A DNA stretch of 64,000 bases from Dehalococcoidia bacterium (GCA_035574155.1 DATLZD010000075.1:5-64004), one strand, 5' to 3'; counted from the stretch's first letter, positions 39,204 to 49,295 are shown. Made by a program: numbers and translations. Notes: generated from the letters alone by a model not told the origin.

Positions 39204-39922
39204 GGCGCCTCCTTGCTGGCCTTCTGCCCCTGCTCTTCTGTCTGAGCGCACTCTAAAAACTTAGCGTTTGCCTTGTCAACGGGGGAAGGAGGGGACGCCT
39301 CGGCCGTCTCCTCTGACGGCTCCTCCAGGGCGGCCGTGATGCGCAGGGGGCGGCCCGTCAGCTCGGCGATGGCCTGGGCCACCTGGTAGGCCCGCCCGAA
39401 GCCCTCGTCCACCAGCTCCTGCTCCTCGGGGACGATGACCTGCCCCACCGAGAGGCGCTTGCCGCTGGTCTTGACCAGGACTATCTCCCACCCGCGTAGC
39501 TCGAAGGGGAAGGCGGGGCCGCGGCCCTCCGCTTCCCCCGCCTCCCAGTCGGCCAGCTCGATGTGGTCGATCTTCCAGAAGGGGACCAGCTCCACGGTGC
39601 CCAGGCCCAGCCCCAGCACCCCTTGCTGGAAGCGGGCCGACTGTTTGCGGGCGTCGAACAGGACGTGGGAGCCGAACAGCGAATAGACGGTGCCCATGCC
39701 GCCGATGGGCGTGAGGACCAGCGCCAGCAGCAGGACGACCGCCGCTGCTGCTGCCGGGAGCCGGTCCATGGTGAAGGCCAGGAGGACCAAGAGGCCCACC
39801 GCCAAGGACAACACCGATAGGGGGCCCACCACAGCGCTGCGCGAGGGGCGGATGTCCACCACCCCGGGCCGTAGGATGCAGAGGCGCCTGTCCAGGGGAA
39901 TGGTCTTGGCCGCCGTCGCCAT
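39200..39922 (-). CDS. Hypothetical two-TM membrane protein with PH-like cytoplasmic domain
   Basis: Two hydrophobic segments; ATGA overlap with the dehydrogenase; PH-like fold is only a guess. Confidence 0.65.
   Translation of the reverse strand: MATAAKTIPLDRRLCILRPGVVDIRPSRSAVVGPLSVLSLAVGLLVLLAFTMDRLPAAAAAVVLLLALVLTPIGGMGTVYSLFGSHVLFDARKQSARFQQGVLGLGLGTVELVPFWKIDHIELADWEAGEAEGRGPAFPFELRGWEIVLVKTSGKRLSVGQVIVPEEQELVDEGFGRAYQVAQAIAELTGRPLRITAALEEPSEETAEASPPSPVDKANAKFLECAQTEEQGQKASKEAP
39250..39279 (-). promoter_or_regulatory. Internal sigma70 promoter for the acyl-CoA dehydrogenase
   Basis: TTGACA-N18-TAGAGT in an AT-rich patch inside the upstream CDS tail. Confidence 0.5.
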
Positions 39923-40023
39923 CAGCCGCCACCGCCCTGCAGGGCCATTATAGGCCCGCCCTCGGCCAGCGTCAGTCCCGAAGCTGCCCTGGGCAGACTG
40001 CGGCGGCCCCGGCTGCGAGCGCG

Positions 40024-41340
40024 CTAGACGGTCACGCCGTAGAGGCGTCGCGCTTCCCGGCGCAGTTCGCCGCGGAAGTCAGGGTGGGCCACGGCGATGA
40101 GCTCGCCGATGCGCTGACGTATGCTTTTGCCCCGCAGGGTGGCGATGCCGTATTCCGTCACCACGTAGTCGACGAAGGTCCTGGGCACCGTCACCGCCGA
40201 CCCCTCCGGTAGCACGGGCACGATCCTGGTCCGACGCTCCCCCTGCACCAGGTGGCTGGAGGGCACCACCATCACCGAGCGGCCCCCGGGGGTATACTGG
40301 GCCGCCACCATGAAGGCCGTCTGCCCTCCCACCCCGGCCCAGATGCGGGTGCCGATGGTCTCCGAGACCACCTGCCCGGTGAGGTCCACGAAAAGGGCGT
40401 TGTTGACGCACACGTAGTTGCGTTGCTGGACCAGGACCCGCATGTCAGTAACGTAGCCGAACTCGTAAAGCTCGAAGACGGGGTTGCCGTCCATCATGGA
40501 CAGCTCCTCCGGGCTCAGGACCACGCAGCCGCTGGCCACCACCTTGCCTTCGTGCAGGCCCTTGTATTTGCCTGTGGCCACGCCGTTGGCCACCAGCTGG
40601 GGCACGCCCCCGGTGATCACCTCGGTGTGGAAGCCCAGGTCGTGCTTGTCCCCCAAGTAGAGGGCCAGGGCCGAGGAGACGGTGCCGATGCCCACTTGCA
40701 CCGTGTCCCGGTCCCTGACCAGCTCCTGGGCCACCAGCGTGCAGATGACCTCCGTCACGGCCACCTCTTCCTCCGAGCGGGCCGGGATGGGCAGGGGAGG
40801 CGGCTTCTGCCCTTCCACAAAGACGTCGATGTCCGACATATGGACGTAGTTCTTGCCCCCCGTCCTTATGAAGTCCTCGTGCACCTCGGCTATGACCCGC
40901 TTGGCCCGCCGGCACCAGGTGGGGGCATACCATACCCCCGACCCGAAGCTGCAGTAGCCGTTGCGGTCGGGCGGGGACACGGGCACCAGGAAGAAGTCGG
41001 GCTCTTGCACGTAGCCCGGCGGCAGGTCGTCCATCGTCCAGGCCGCCACCGGGATGTAGTCCACCAGGCCGGCATTGATGGGGTCCCGGTCCACCGCCGT
41101 GGCGTAGTTGCTGATGACGTGGAAGCTGGCGCAGTCGGCCTCCTCCCTGATCCAGGGGAAGAAGCCTGTGTAGACGACGGTGACGTCCCGCAGCTCTCGC
41201 CGCCGTTCGTATAACGCCTGACACAGGGCGAAGGGCATGGGGGTGAAGCCCTGCACGGCCACGCTGTCGCCCGAGCGAACGGCCCTCACCGCCTCCTCGG
41301 GCGTGGCGAGCTTGTCGGCCACCATGCTGCGCCAGTCCAC
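40024..41340 (-). CDS. Acetyl-CoA hydrolase/transferase family (4-hydroxybutyrate CoA-transferase-like)
   Basis: VSPPDRNGYCSFG, QVGIG, GFHTE catalytic Glu, GVGGQ, DYVVTEYGIA.LRGK. Confidence 0.9.
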   Translation of the reverse strand: MDWRSMVADKLATPEEAVRAVRSGDSVAVQGFTPMPFALCQALYERRRELRDVTVVYTGFFPWIREEADCASFHVISNYATAVDRDPINAGLVDYIPVAAWTMDDLPPGYVQEPDFFLVPVSPPDRNGYCSFGSGVWYAPTWCRRAKRVIAEVHEDFIRTGGKNYVHMSDIDVFVEGQKPPPLPIPARSEEEVAVTEVICTLVAQELVRDRDTVQVGIGTVSSALALYLGDKHDLGFHTEVITGGVPQLVANGVATGKYKGLHEGKVVASGCVVLSPEELSMMDGNPVFELYEFGYVTDMRVLVQQRNYVCVNNALFVDLTGQVVSETIGTRIWAGVGGQTAFMVAAQYTPGGRSVMVVPSSHLVQGERRTRIVPVLPEGSAVTVPRTFVDYVVTEYGIATLRGKSIRQRIGELIAVAHPDFRGELRREARRLYGVTV

Positions 41341-41451
41341 CTCTTCACCCCCTCTGGTGCTGGTCTGGTGGCGGACGGCAGCGTCTGGGGTGCCAGGCCT
41401 CGCGCCGCCGGCGCAGGGTCCACCCCCGGCGGCGTCGGGCCCCGACGCCGC

Positions 41452-42732
41452 CTACTGCTCCAGCCTGTTCAGGTCGGGCGCCCAGCCGATGATGCCCTCT
41501 CGTGCCAGCCTCTGGATCTCCTCCTGGGGGAGGCCCAGCAGCTCCCTCAGCACGTACTCGTTGTCCTGCCCAAAGAGGGGGGCGGCCTTGCGGTGGTGGG
41601 CGGCGACGCCCTCCAGGCGGAAGCCGATCCAGGGGTACTCGTGCTCGCCCACGATGTCCCTGGGCAGGGAGACGAAGAAGTCCCGCGCCCTAAGGTGGGG
41701 GTCGACCATCAGGTCCTGAGGTCTCAGGACCGCTCCCGCCGTCACACCCGCCTCCTGCAGCAGGTGCATCAGCTCCAGATGGGAGTGGCGCCGGGTCCAT
41801 TCGCCTATGAGGCAGTCCAGCTCATCCTCGTGGGCCTTCCGGCCGGTGGCCGTGGCGAAGCGCGTCTCCAGCGCCCATTCGGGGTTGCCCATGGCCCGCA
41901 CCAGCCGTCCCCACTCCTCGTCGTCGGCCACGGTGATGGCGATCCACGTATCGGGGTCCCTGCAAGGGTAGACGTTATGAGGCGCCATATACGGGTGCCT
42001 GGTGCCCATACGCCCGTGGGTCCGGCCGCAGAGCTGGTATTCCACCACCCGCCGGCCCATCAGGTAGGTGAAGGCCTGGGTCTGCGGTATCTCGATGAAG
42101 GCGCCCTGGCCGGTCCGGTTGCGGTGCCAGAGGGCCATCATAGTGGCGAAGACGGCGGTGTAGCCCAGGCTGGGGTCCGACATGGCGCCCATGGAGAACG
42201 GCGGCTCGTCGTCGCTATAGCCCGTGGCGTCGCTCCCCCCGCTCAGGTGCTCAAAGGTGAAGGCGAAGCCCACGTAGTCGGCAAGCCTGCTGCAGCTGGG
42301 GTAGGCCGGCATGGCCACCATAATGATATCGGGCTTGACGGCGCGCAGGTCTTCGTAGGTGAGCCCGAAGGAGCGCATCACGTGGTTGGCATGGTTCTCT
42401 ACCACCACGTCCGAGACCGACACCAGCTTTAGGAAGATCTCCCGCCCCTCCTCCCGCTTCAGGTCTACCGCCAGCCCCAGCTTGTTCAGGTTCACGGGGT
42501 TGAAGAGGGGACTGGTCTCCCAGCCGGTCACGTCCCCCAGGGGCCGCGAGGCCAGGCGGTAGCCGTCCAGGTAGGTGGGCGACTCCACCTTGATGACCTC
42601 GGCGCCGAAGGCGCCCATGATGGTGGTGGCCAGCGGCCCCGACCAGTAATGGGTGAAGTCCACCACGCGGACGCCCGCCAGGGGCAAGCGCCCGTCGGGC
42701 CTGGGGTCGCCTCGTTGGGCCTCGACGCTCAT
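41452..42732 (-). CDS. Class III CoA-transferase (CaiB/BaiF), catalytic Asp present
   Basis: VDFTHYWSGP, NLNKLG, MGAMSDPSLG, HPYMAPHNVYPC. Confidence 0.9.
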   Translation of the reverse strand: MSVEAQRGDPRPDGRLPLAGVRVVDFTHYWSGPLATTIMGAFGAEVIKVESPTYLDGYRLASRPLGDVTGWETSPLFNPVNLNKLGLAVDLKREEGREIFLKLVSVSDVVVENHANHVMRSFGLTYEDLRAVKPDIIMVAMPAYPSCSRLADYVGFAFTFEHLSGGSDATGYSDDEPPFSMGAMSDPSLGYTAVFATMMALWHRNRTGQGAFIEIPQTQAFTYLMGRRVVEYQLCGRTHGRMGTRHPYMAPHNVYPCRDPDTWIAITVADDEEWGRLVRAMGNPEWALETRFATATGRKAHEDELDCLIGEWTRRHSHLELMHLLQEAGVTAGAVLRPQDLMVDPHLRARDFFVSLPRDIVGEHEYPWIGFRLEGVAAHHRKAAPLFGQDNEYVLRELLGLPQEEIQRLAREGIIGWAPDLNRLEQ

Positions 42733-43949
42733 ATCACTCCTCCCCGACGCAGCAGGGCCAGGGCCTCGCTGTCCAGCCCCAGCTCCCCTCCCAGGACCTC
42801 CTGGTTGTGCTGGCCCAGCTGTGGCGCCGGCGACCGAACGCTCCAGGGATACCCCAGGAACTGGAAGGGCGCCCCGGGGAACCTCTCTATCACGCCCGCC
42901 CGGGGGTGCTCCAGGCGCCTGAAGAGCTGGACCGCCAGTAGCGGCTCGAAGTTGAGGACGTCTTCCGGGGTATGGAGCATGGCCATGGGTATCCGCTGCT
43001 CCAGCCCGATACGGAAGACCTCCTCCCGCGTGTGGTCCACGAACCAGGGGGCGAAGAGTTCGTAGAACTCCTGGCGGCGCCGCCAGCGGACGTCCAGGGC
43101 CAGCAGCTCAGGGTTCTCCAGCAGCTCTTCGTGGCCCGTCAGGCGACACATGGACTGCCAATGCTTGAAGGTCAAAAGGTAGACGCCGATGTAGCCGTCC
43201 TTGCAGCGGAACTCGCCCACGAAGGGCCGTCCCGAGCGTATGGTCCCCGGGATCACCGGCGGCAGCGGCACCGAGGCCAGCTTGGTCTGGAAGGACCATA
43301 TGACGGTGGGCGTCACCAGGCAGGAGGTGACCGTCTCCATGATGGAGACGTCCACCCTGCGACCGGCACCCCGTTGGTCGGCCTCGTAGAGGGCCATCAT
43401 CGTGCCCGCTGCCCCCACCATGCCGGCCACGAAGTAAAAGGCCTCATTGCCGATGTGGAGGGGCGGTCGGGTCGGTTCGCCCAGCATGTAGACATGGCCG
43501 CCCAGGGCCGCCAGCACCAGGTGGGACGCGCGGAACAGGCTGTAGGGGCCGCTCTGCCCAAAGGGGGTGACGGAGGTGATGACCAGCCTGGGGTTTAGGG
43601 CCCACAGCACCTCGGGGCCGAGCCCCATCTCTTCCAGGCTGCCGGGCGGATAGCTCTCCACCAGGACGTGGGCCTTGGCCACCAGCTTGAGCAGCAGCTC
43701 CCGGCCGGTGCGGCTCCCCAGGTTGAGGGTTATGCCCTTCTTGTTGGCATTGACGAACAGATGGGTAGGGCTGGCCTCCATGTCGGGGGCCCCGTTGGGG
43801 AAGGGCCCCCAGTGGCGGCAGATGTCGCCCAGGAAGGGGGGTTCTACCTTTATGACCTCGGCGCCGTAATCGCCCAGGATCCTGGCCGTGAAAGGGCCCG
43901 CCGCGCCGGTGCTTATATCGATGACCCTGATCCCGTCCAGTAGGGCCAT
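42729..43949 (-). CDS. Class III CoA-transferase subunit lacking catalytic Asp
   Basis: GPFTARILGDYGAEVIKVE, NANKKG, TPFGQSGP; Asp position reads GNEAFYFVAG. Confidence 0.88.
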   Translation of the reverse strand: MALLDGIRVIDISTGAAGPFTARILGDYGAEVIKVEPPFLGDICRHWGPFPNGAPDMEASPTHLFVNANKKGITLNLGSRTGRELLLKLVAKAHVLVESYPPGSLEEMGLGPEVLWALNPRLVITSVTPFGQSGPYSLFRASHLVLAALGGHVYMLGEPTRPPLHIGNEAFYFVAGMVGAAGTMMALYEADQRGAGRRVDVSIMETVTSCLVTPTVIWSFQTKLASVPLPPVIPGTIRSGRPFVGEFRCKDGYIGVYLLTFKHWQSMCRLTGHEELLENPELLALDVRWRRRQEFYELFAPWFVDHTREEVFRIGLEQRIPMAMLHTPEDVLNFEPLLAVQLFRRLEHPRAGVIERFPGAPFQFLGYPWSVRSPAPQLGQHNQEVLGGELGLDSEALALLRRGGVI

Positions 43950-44013
43950 GTCCCTCCTCTCCCGCACAGCTACGGCCGTTGGCTCGACCCTAGGCCCGCT
44001 TTGGTCGCTGCAT

Positions 44014-44042
44014 AATGTATCCAGACAACATGAATGTGTCAA
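44014..44042 (-). promoter_or_regulatory. sigma70 promoter of the leftward CoA-transferase operon
   Basis: TTGACA-N17-TACATT; ACAT-GA-ATGT palindrome overlaps the spacer. Confidence 0.7.
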
Positions 44043-44221
44043 CGGCATCGGGGAGAGGCCGTGCTGGGCGCCACAGCAGCCAGCGATGGTGGGGGCCGCG
44101 GTGGCCGCTGGGCGTGGGGCGGGGCCCTTGCGGGGCGCGCGGACGGGAAGGGCCCAGGGCGGCCCCGGGCTGGACCGCCCCCCCATGGCCCAGCCCCTTT
44201 GCGTCGGCCCGCTGCAACGTG

Positions 44222-44251
44222 TTGAACATGTCGTCGCCTTGGTGCTATAAT
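44222..44251 (+). promoter_or_regulatory. sigma70 promoter of the carboxylase operon
   Basis: TTGAAC-N18-TATAAT with extended -10 TG. Confidence 0.7.
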
Positions 44252-44334
44252 CCCGACCAAACCCGGCCGACAGTCCTGCCTATGATGCTGCCCAGGCGGT
44301 GACGCAGCGGGACGGGCTTAAACGAGGTGTGTAG

Positions 44335-46473
44335 ATGGCTCGTTATCTAATCGCCTGTGACGCCGGCGGCACCATGACCGACGTCATCGTCGTCCATGAG
44401 GACGGCCGCTTCGTCATCGGCAAGGCCCCCACCACCCCCTTCGACGAGAGCCAGGGCTTTGCCGAGTCCCTGGAGGACGCCCTCAGTTACTGGGGCATCA
44501 GCCTCGAAAAGGAGGGCCACGAGGTCTGCGAGGCCACCGACTCGGCCATTTACACCGGCACCAGCATGCTCAATGCGGTAATCAACATGTCTGGCCTCAA
44601 GACCGGGCTCATCACCACCCGCGGCTTCGAGGACGTGCTGGTGCAGGGCAGAGGCTCCCAGTCCTTCATCGGCGCCGACTGGCCCGAGATTACCCACATG
44701 CAGTACCGCAAGCACCGGCAGCCGCTGGTGCCCCGTCGACTCACCAGGGGGGTGACGGAACGGATAGACATGTTCGGCAACGTGGTCATCCCCCTCTACG
44801 AACACGAGGTGGAGAGGGCCGTGGAGGAGCTGCTGGACGAGGGCGTCCAGGCCCTGGCCATCGTCTTCCTCCAGTCCTACGTCAACCCGCAGCACGAGCT
44901 GCGGGCCAAGGAGATCGTGGAGGGTGTCCTAAGGCGCCGCGGCGTAGAGATCCCTGTCATCGCCTCCAGCCAGGTGTCCCCGGTGATAAGAGAGGTGTCC
45001 AGGGCCAACGCCACTGTGCTCCAGGCCTTCGCTGCCGAGCCCGCCCGCAAGCAGCTGTTCGGGGTGGAGGCGCGCATCCAGCAGTACGGCCACAAGCGGG
45101 CCCTGCGGACGGTCCTCTCCTACGGCGGCGTCACTAACATCCGCTACGACCGCCTGTTCGAGACCATCGTCTCGGGCCCCGTGGGCGGCGTCATGGGGGC
45201 CTATCACCTGGGCAATGCCCTGGGCATAGAGAACCTGGTCTGCTCCGACATGGGCGGCACCAGCTTTGACGTGGCCTGCATTACCGCCGGCGTGCTGCCC
45301 ATGGACCGGGAGCCCCCCTTCCAGCAGATGTATGTGAACGTGCCCATGATCGACATCCGGTCCATTGGGGCAGGCACCGGCACTTATATCAGGGTTGACC
45401 CCGAGACACGGCGCATCCGCCTGGGGCCCGACAGCGCCGGCGGCTATCCGGGCCCCGTCTTCTACAACATGGGGAACTTGACGCCCACCGTCGGCGACTG
45501 CGACCTCATCCTGGGGATCCTCAATGAGCACAACTATCTGGGCGGCCGCATCAAGGTCTACAAGGACCTGGCCTTCGAGGTGTTCAAGGAGAAGGTGGCC
45601 GACCCTCTGGGCCTGGACGTCTACACGGCGGCCGAGGCCTGCGTCGACCTCATCAACCTGGTGATGAGGGAGCACCTGGTGCGGACGGTCATGTTGGGCT
45701 ACGACCCCAGGGACTACGTGCTGCTGGGCTACGGCGGCGCCGGCCCCATGCACCTGGCCGGCTACGCCGGCGATTACCCCTGGCGGGGGGTGGCCACCGT
45801 GCCCTGGGCTGCCGCCTTCTCGGCCTGGGGCTGCGCCTGCATGGACTACTCCCACCGCCGCCACCGCAGCATATCGGCGGTGGTGCCCTTCGGGGCCGGC
45901 GAGGCCGAGAAGGAGTATGCCGGCCGCATCATCACCTCCACCTGGGAGGCCCTGGAGCAGGAGCTGCTGGAGGAGCTGACCCAGGAGGGCTTCCCCCGGG
46001 ACCGCATCAGCTTCCGGCAGATAGCCTATGTGCGCTACTATGGCCACCTCTTCGACGTGGAGGTGGAGTCGCCCCTGCCCCGCCTGGCCGGTGCCCAGGA
46101 CATGGACAGGCTCCTGGAGCGGTTCGAGCAGCTGTTCACGCGCATGTATACCCTGGCCGGCAAGCCCAGCTATCCCACCTACGCCGTCACCGAGGTGGCG
46201 GTGGTGGCCCAGGTGGACACCCCCAAGCCCGTGGTGCGCCGCTACGACCTGGAAGGCCCTGAGCCGCCTAAGCAGGCCCTCAAGGAGAGGCGGCAGGTGT
46301 TCCAGGGCGGCCGCTGGCAGCCGGCCAACATCTACGAGATGTCGGAGCTGCGGCCAGGCAACGTGATCGAGGGCCTGGCCGTCATCGAGGCGCCCAGCAC
46401 CACCCTGTTCGTGCCCGAGCAGTGGCGGGTGCGCATCGACGAATACGAGATCTACTGGCTGGAACGAAAGTAA
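44335..46473 (+). CDS. acxA: Acetone-carboxylase-family beta subunit (hydantoinase A/oxoprolinase, ATP-binding)
   Basis: DAGGTMTD, GKAPTTP, SGPVGG, DMGGTSFD, SIGAGTG, GPDSAG, PTVGDCD; symbol marks the family only. Confidence 0.85.
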   Translation: MARYLIACDAGGTMTDVIVVHEDGRFVIGKAPTTPFDESQGFAESLEDALSYWGISLEKEGHEVCEATDSAIYTGTSMLNAVINMSGLKTGLITTRGFEDVLVQGRGSQSFIGADWPEITHMQYRKHRQPLVPRRLTRGVTERIDMFGNVVIPLYEHEVERAVEELLDEGVQALAIVFLQSYVNPQHELRAKEIVEGVLRRRGVEIPVIASSQVSPVIREVSRANATVLQAFAAEPARKQLFGVEARIQQYGHKRALRTVLSYGGVTNIRYDRLFETIVSGPVGGVMGAYHLGNALGIENLVCSDMGGTSFDVACITAGVLPMDREPPFQQMYVNVPMIDIRSIGAGTGTYIRVDPETRRIRLGPDSAGGYPGPVFYNMGNLTPTVGDCDLILGILNEHNYLGGRIKVYKDLAFEVFKEKVADPLGLDVYTAAEACVDLINLVMREHLVRTVMLGYDPRDYVLLGYGGAGPMHLAGYAGDYPWRGVATVPWAAAFSAWGCACMDYSHRRHRSISAVVPFGAGEAEKEYAGRIITSTWEALEQELLEELTQEGFPRDRISFRQIAYVRYYGHLFDVEVESPLPRLAGAQDMDRLLERFEQLFTRMYTLAGKPSYPTYAVTEVAVVAQVDTPKPVVRRYDLEGPEPPKQALKERRQVFQGGRWQPANIYEMSELRPGNVIEGLAVIEAPSTTLFVPEQWRVRIDEYEIYWLERK

Positions 46474-46491
46474 GGCAGGGGGAGTGAGAGC

Positions 46492-48696
46492 ATGGTCGTT
46501 GGACGCGCCACCCTAAAGGAACAGGCGGCCCAGTATGACAAGCTCCTGCAGGAGACGGGCTGTCTCTTCGGCCTCACCGAGCTGAAGCGCAAGAAGGAGG
46601 ACCCCGGGACCTACGAGGCCGTGTGGCATATGCTCTTGAACGCCGTCAACACCGGCTGGGCGGTGGGCTGCAAGGTGTCGTCCTCCCCCATCGCCGTCGA
46701 GGGCGGCGATGCTGTCTGGTGCCTACACGTGCCTACGGGGGAGGTGGTGTGCAGCTCGCGGGGTATCACCGCCCACCCGGGGCTGCTATCGATGCTCATC
46801 CGGCGCATGATCGACCACGAGTACGAGGTGGACCCCGGCATCAACCCGGGCGACATCTTCGAGAACAACGACTCCCACTTCGGTGGCATCCACGGGCCCG
46901 ACTTCCAGACGGTGGTGCCCATCTTCTACAACGGGGAGCTGGTGGCCTGGGCCGCCGCCGTCAGCCACGTCATGGACGCCGGCTTCGTCATGCCCGGCTC
47001 CATCGGCTTCCTCAACCCGGACGTGTTCACCGACGGCATCTCCTTCGCCATGGAGAAAGTGGGCGAGGAGGACAGCTACTACCCGTGGTACGAGAAGCGC
47101 ATCCGCACCAGGACTAGGATCCCCGAATGGGTGCTGGGCGACGCCCGCGGGCGGCTGGCGGGCTGCCTGACCATCCGTCAGAAGTTCCTGGAGCTGGTGG
47201 AGAAGTACGGCATCGACTACATACGGGACGTGTTGAAGGAATACGTGGAGGACGGACGACGGTTCTGCCTGTCCCGGGTCAGGACCCAGATGATACCCGG
47301 CGTCATGCGCAAGTCCAACTTCAAGGACTTGGCCATGAAAGGCAAGCGGGTGATCCTCCCCCACCAGAACATCGACGTCCTCTTCAACCTGCCCATGCGG
47401 CTGGAGATCACCGGCGACGGCAAGGTCCGCTTTTCGCTGAAGGGCGCCAGCGGCTGGGTACCCTTCGGCGAGAACCTGACCCCCGAGGCCCTGCGCTCGG
47501 CGGCCATGAACGCCTTCTCCCACATGGTGGGCTTCGAGATGTTCAACTGGGGCATCATGGCCAGCTGGGAGCTGGAGGAGCCGCCGCCGGGCTCGTGGTG
47601 CAACCCCTACCCCCAGAACTACTTCGCCGCCACGGGCGTGGGCTGGGCGCCGGCCGTCATGTGGCTCAGCTCCATGTATGAGGTCTTCGGGCGCCTCTTC
47701 TACAGCCGTGGCTATGTGGAGGAGGTGGCGGCGGGGGCGGCCACCACCATGACGGCCGAGTTCTCGGGCTTCAACCAGTATGGCCTCTATACTGCTGGCC
47801 TCACCCTGGAACAGGCCAGCAATGGAGGCCCGGCCCGCGCCATCGCCGACGGGGAGACCAGCGCCTGGTGCATCTACACACCCAACGCCGACTTCGGCAA
47901 CGCCGAGGTCACAGAGCTCTACTATCCCATCGTCTACCTGGGCAGGAACATCGAGCCCGATTCGGGCGGCTACGGCAAGTACCGCGGCGGCCTGGGCCAC
48001 ACCGCCGTCTGGATGGTCAAGAACACCCCCGGCATCGAGTACCAGTGCGGCTGCGCCGGCCTGCGCAGCAAGATCGTCGGCAACCACGGCATGTTCGGCG
48101 CCTACCCCAGCTGGCCCGACCGTGGCAGCTACGCCATCGACACCAACGTCAGGGAGCTCATCGAGCAGAAGAAGCCCCTGGTGCACGAGCGCGGCGACCC
48201 CGAAGAGCCCGACCTGGCCAAAAACATCAAGGCCCGCATCCTGGAGACCAACGCCATCGCCCCCTTCGTGACCCCGGAGATAATGCACGAGTACGACATC
48301 ATCCTCCACCCCATATCGGGCGCCCAGGCCATCGGCGACCCGTTGGAGCGGGACCCCGAGCTGGTCAGGAACGATCTGAACAACGGCTGGACCAGGGAGT
48401 GGGTGGCCCGGGACATCTACGGCGTGGTGGCCACCTATGATGCCGATGCCAAGGAGTGGGTGGTGGACCTGGAGGCCACCGAGCGCCAGCGACAGGCCAT
48501 CCGCGAACGGCGCCGGGCCAGGGGCATCCCCTTCCGTCAGTGGTGGAAGCAGGAGCGGGAAAAGGTGCAGCGTCGGGAGGGGATGGCCGATGCCGTCAAG
48601 ACCATGTGGGCCACGGCCTGCGACCTCTCGCCCGATTACGGCCGGGACCTGAAGGCCTTCTGGAAGCTGCCCGAGGACTTCAGCTTCCAGGGCTGA
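46492..48696 (+). CDS. acxB: Acetone-carboxylase-family alpha subunit (hydantoinase B), divergent
   Basis: SSPI, AHPG, NNDSHFGGIHGPD, SHVMDAG, YSRGYVEEV.AG, SGGYGKYRGG, GDPLER, FWKLP. Confidence 0.85.
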   Translation: MVVGRATLKEQAAQYDKLLQETGCLFGLTELKRKKEDPGTYEAVWHMLLNAVNTGWAVGCKVSSSPIAVEGGDAVWCLHVPTGEVVCSSRGITAHPGLLSMLIRRMIDHEYEVDPGINPGDIFENNDSHFGGIHGPDFQTVVPIFYNGELVAWAAAVSHVMDAGFVMPGSIGFLNPDVFTDGISFAMEKVGEEDSYYPWYEKRIRTRTRIPEWVLGDARGRLAGCLTIRQKFLELVEKYGIDYIRDVLKEYVEDGRRFCLSRVRTQMIPGVMRKSNFKDLAMKGKRVILPHQNIDVLFNLPMRLEITGDGKVRFSLKGASGWVPFGENLTPEALRSAAMNAFSHMVGFEMFNWGIMASWELEEPPPGSWCNPYPQNYFAATGVGWAPAVMWLSSMYEVFGRLFYSRGYVEEVAAGAATTMTAEFSGFNQYGLYTAGLTLEQASNGGPARAIADGETSAWCIYTPNADFGNAEVTELYYPIVYLGRNIEPDSGGYGKYRGGLGHTAVWMVKNTPGIEYQCGCAGLRSKIVGNHGMFGAYPSWPDRGSYAIDTNVRELIEQKKPLVHERGDPEEPDLAKNIKARILETNAIAPFVTPEIMHEYDIILHPISGAQAIGDPLERDPELVRNDLNNGWTREWVARDIYGVVATYDADAKEWVVDLEATERQRQAIRERRRARGIPFRQWWKQEREKVQRREGMADAVKTMWATACDLSPDYGRDLKAFWKLPEDFSFQG

Positions 48697-48731
48697 GGGG
48701 CGCGACAACATACCGCTGCAGGTGGTGAGCC

Positions 48732-49295
48732 ATGTCCGAGTACGACATCAGCGAGATAGAGAAGCTGGCCGACGGCAAGCTCCCCTGGACCCGCGTCCAG
48801 GAGATCATGCGCCTGCCCAAGGACCCCGACCGCTTCTTCAAATGGCTGCGCATCCTCCAGTCGCGGGTGCCCTGGCCCGACCGCATCCTTCTGCCCCTGA
48901 CCACGGCCCTCTTCATCGTCCAGAAGGAGGACGGCCGCCGCCTGGTCAAGTGCCGCTGCGGCTATGAGTTCGACGACTACCGAATCAACTGGAAGCTCCA
49001 CGCCTTGGTCTACGTCCGGGAGACCGAGGAGCAGATGCGTGAGGTCTACCGGGGCCGTGAGATGCCCGATCCCACTTGGGTGCAGGTCCGCGAATACTAC
49101 TGCCCTGGCTGCGCCACCCAGCTGGAGGTGGAGGCCGTCCCCAGGGGCTGCCCCCCCGATTTCGAGTTCCTGCCGGACATCGACACCTTCTATGCTCAGT
49201 GGCTAGGGCAGCCCCTGGCGGGGCAGCCCTACGAGTTCGAGGACCGGACCCAGCAGCTCATCGACCAGTGGGCCAGAGAGGACTTGGGTAGCTGA
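48732..49295 (+). CDS. acxC: Acetone-carboxylase-family gamma subunit (Zn-binding)
   Basis: KDPDRF, CRCG, NWK, EYYCPGC, EVEAVP.G.P, FLPDIDTFY.QWLG. Confidence 0.9.
   Translation: MSEYDISEIEKLADGKLPWTRVQEIMRLPKDPDRFFKWLRILQSRVPWPDRILLPLTTALFIVQKEDGRRLVKCRCGYEFDDYRINWKLHALVYVRETEEQMREVYRGREMPDPTWVQVREYYCPGCATQLEVEAVPRGCPPDFEFLPDIDTFYAQWLGQPLAGQPYEFEDRTQQLIDQWAREDLGS

Noticed and set aside
44335-48696. Calling the hydantoinase-A/B pair a 5-oxoprolinase or hydantoinase
   Set aside because: The adjacent Zn-binding gamma subunit and Acx-specific segments favour the acetone-carboxylase branch, although ATP-dependent lactam hydrolysis cannot be fully excluded without assays
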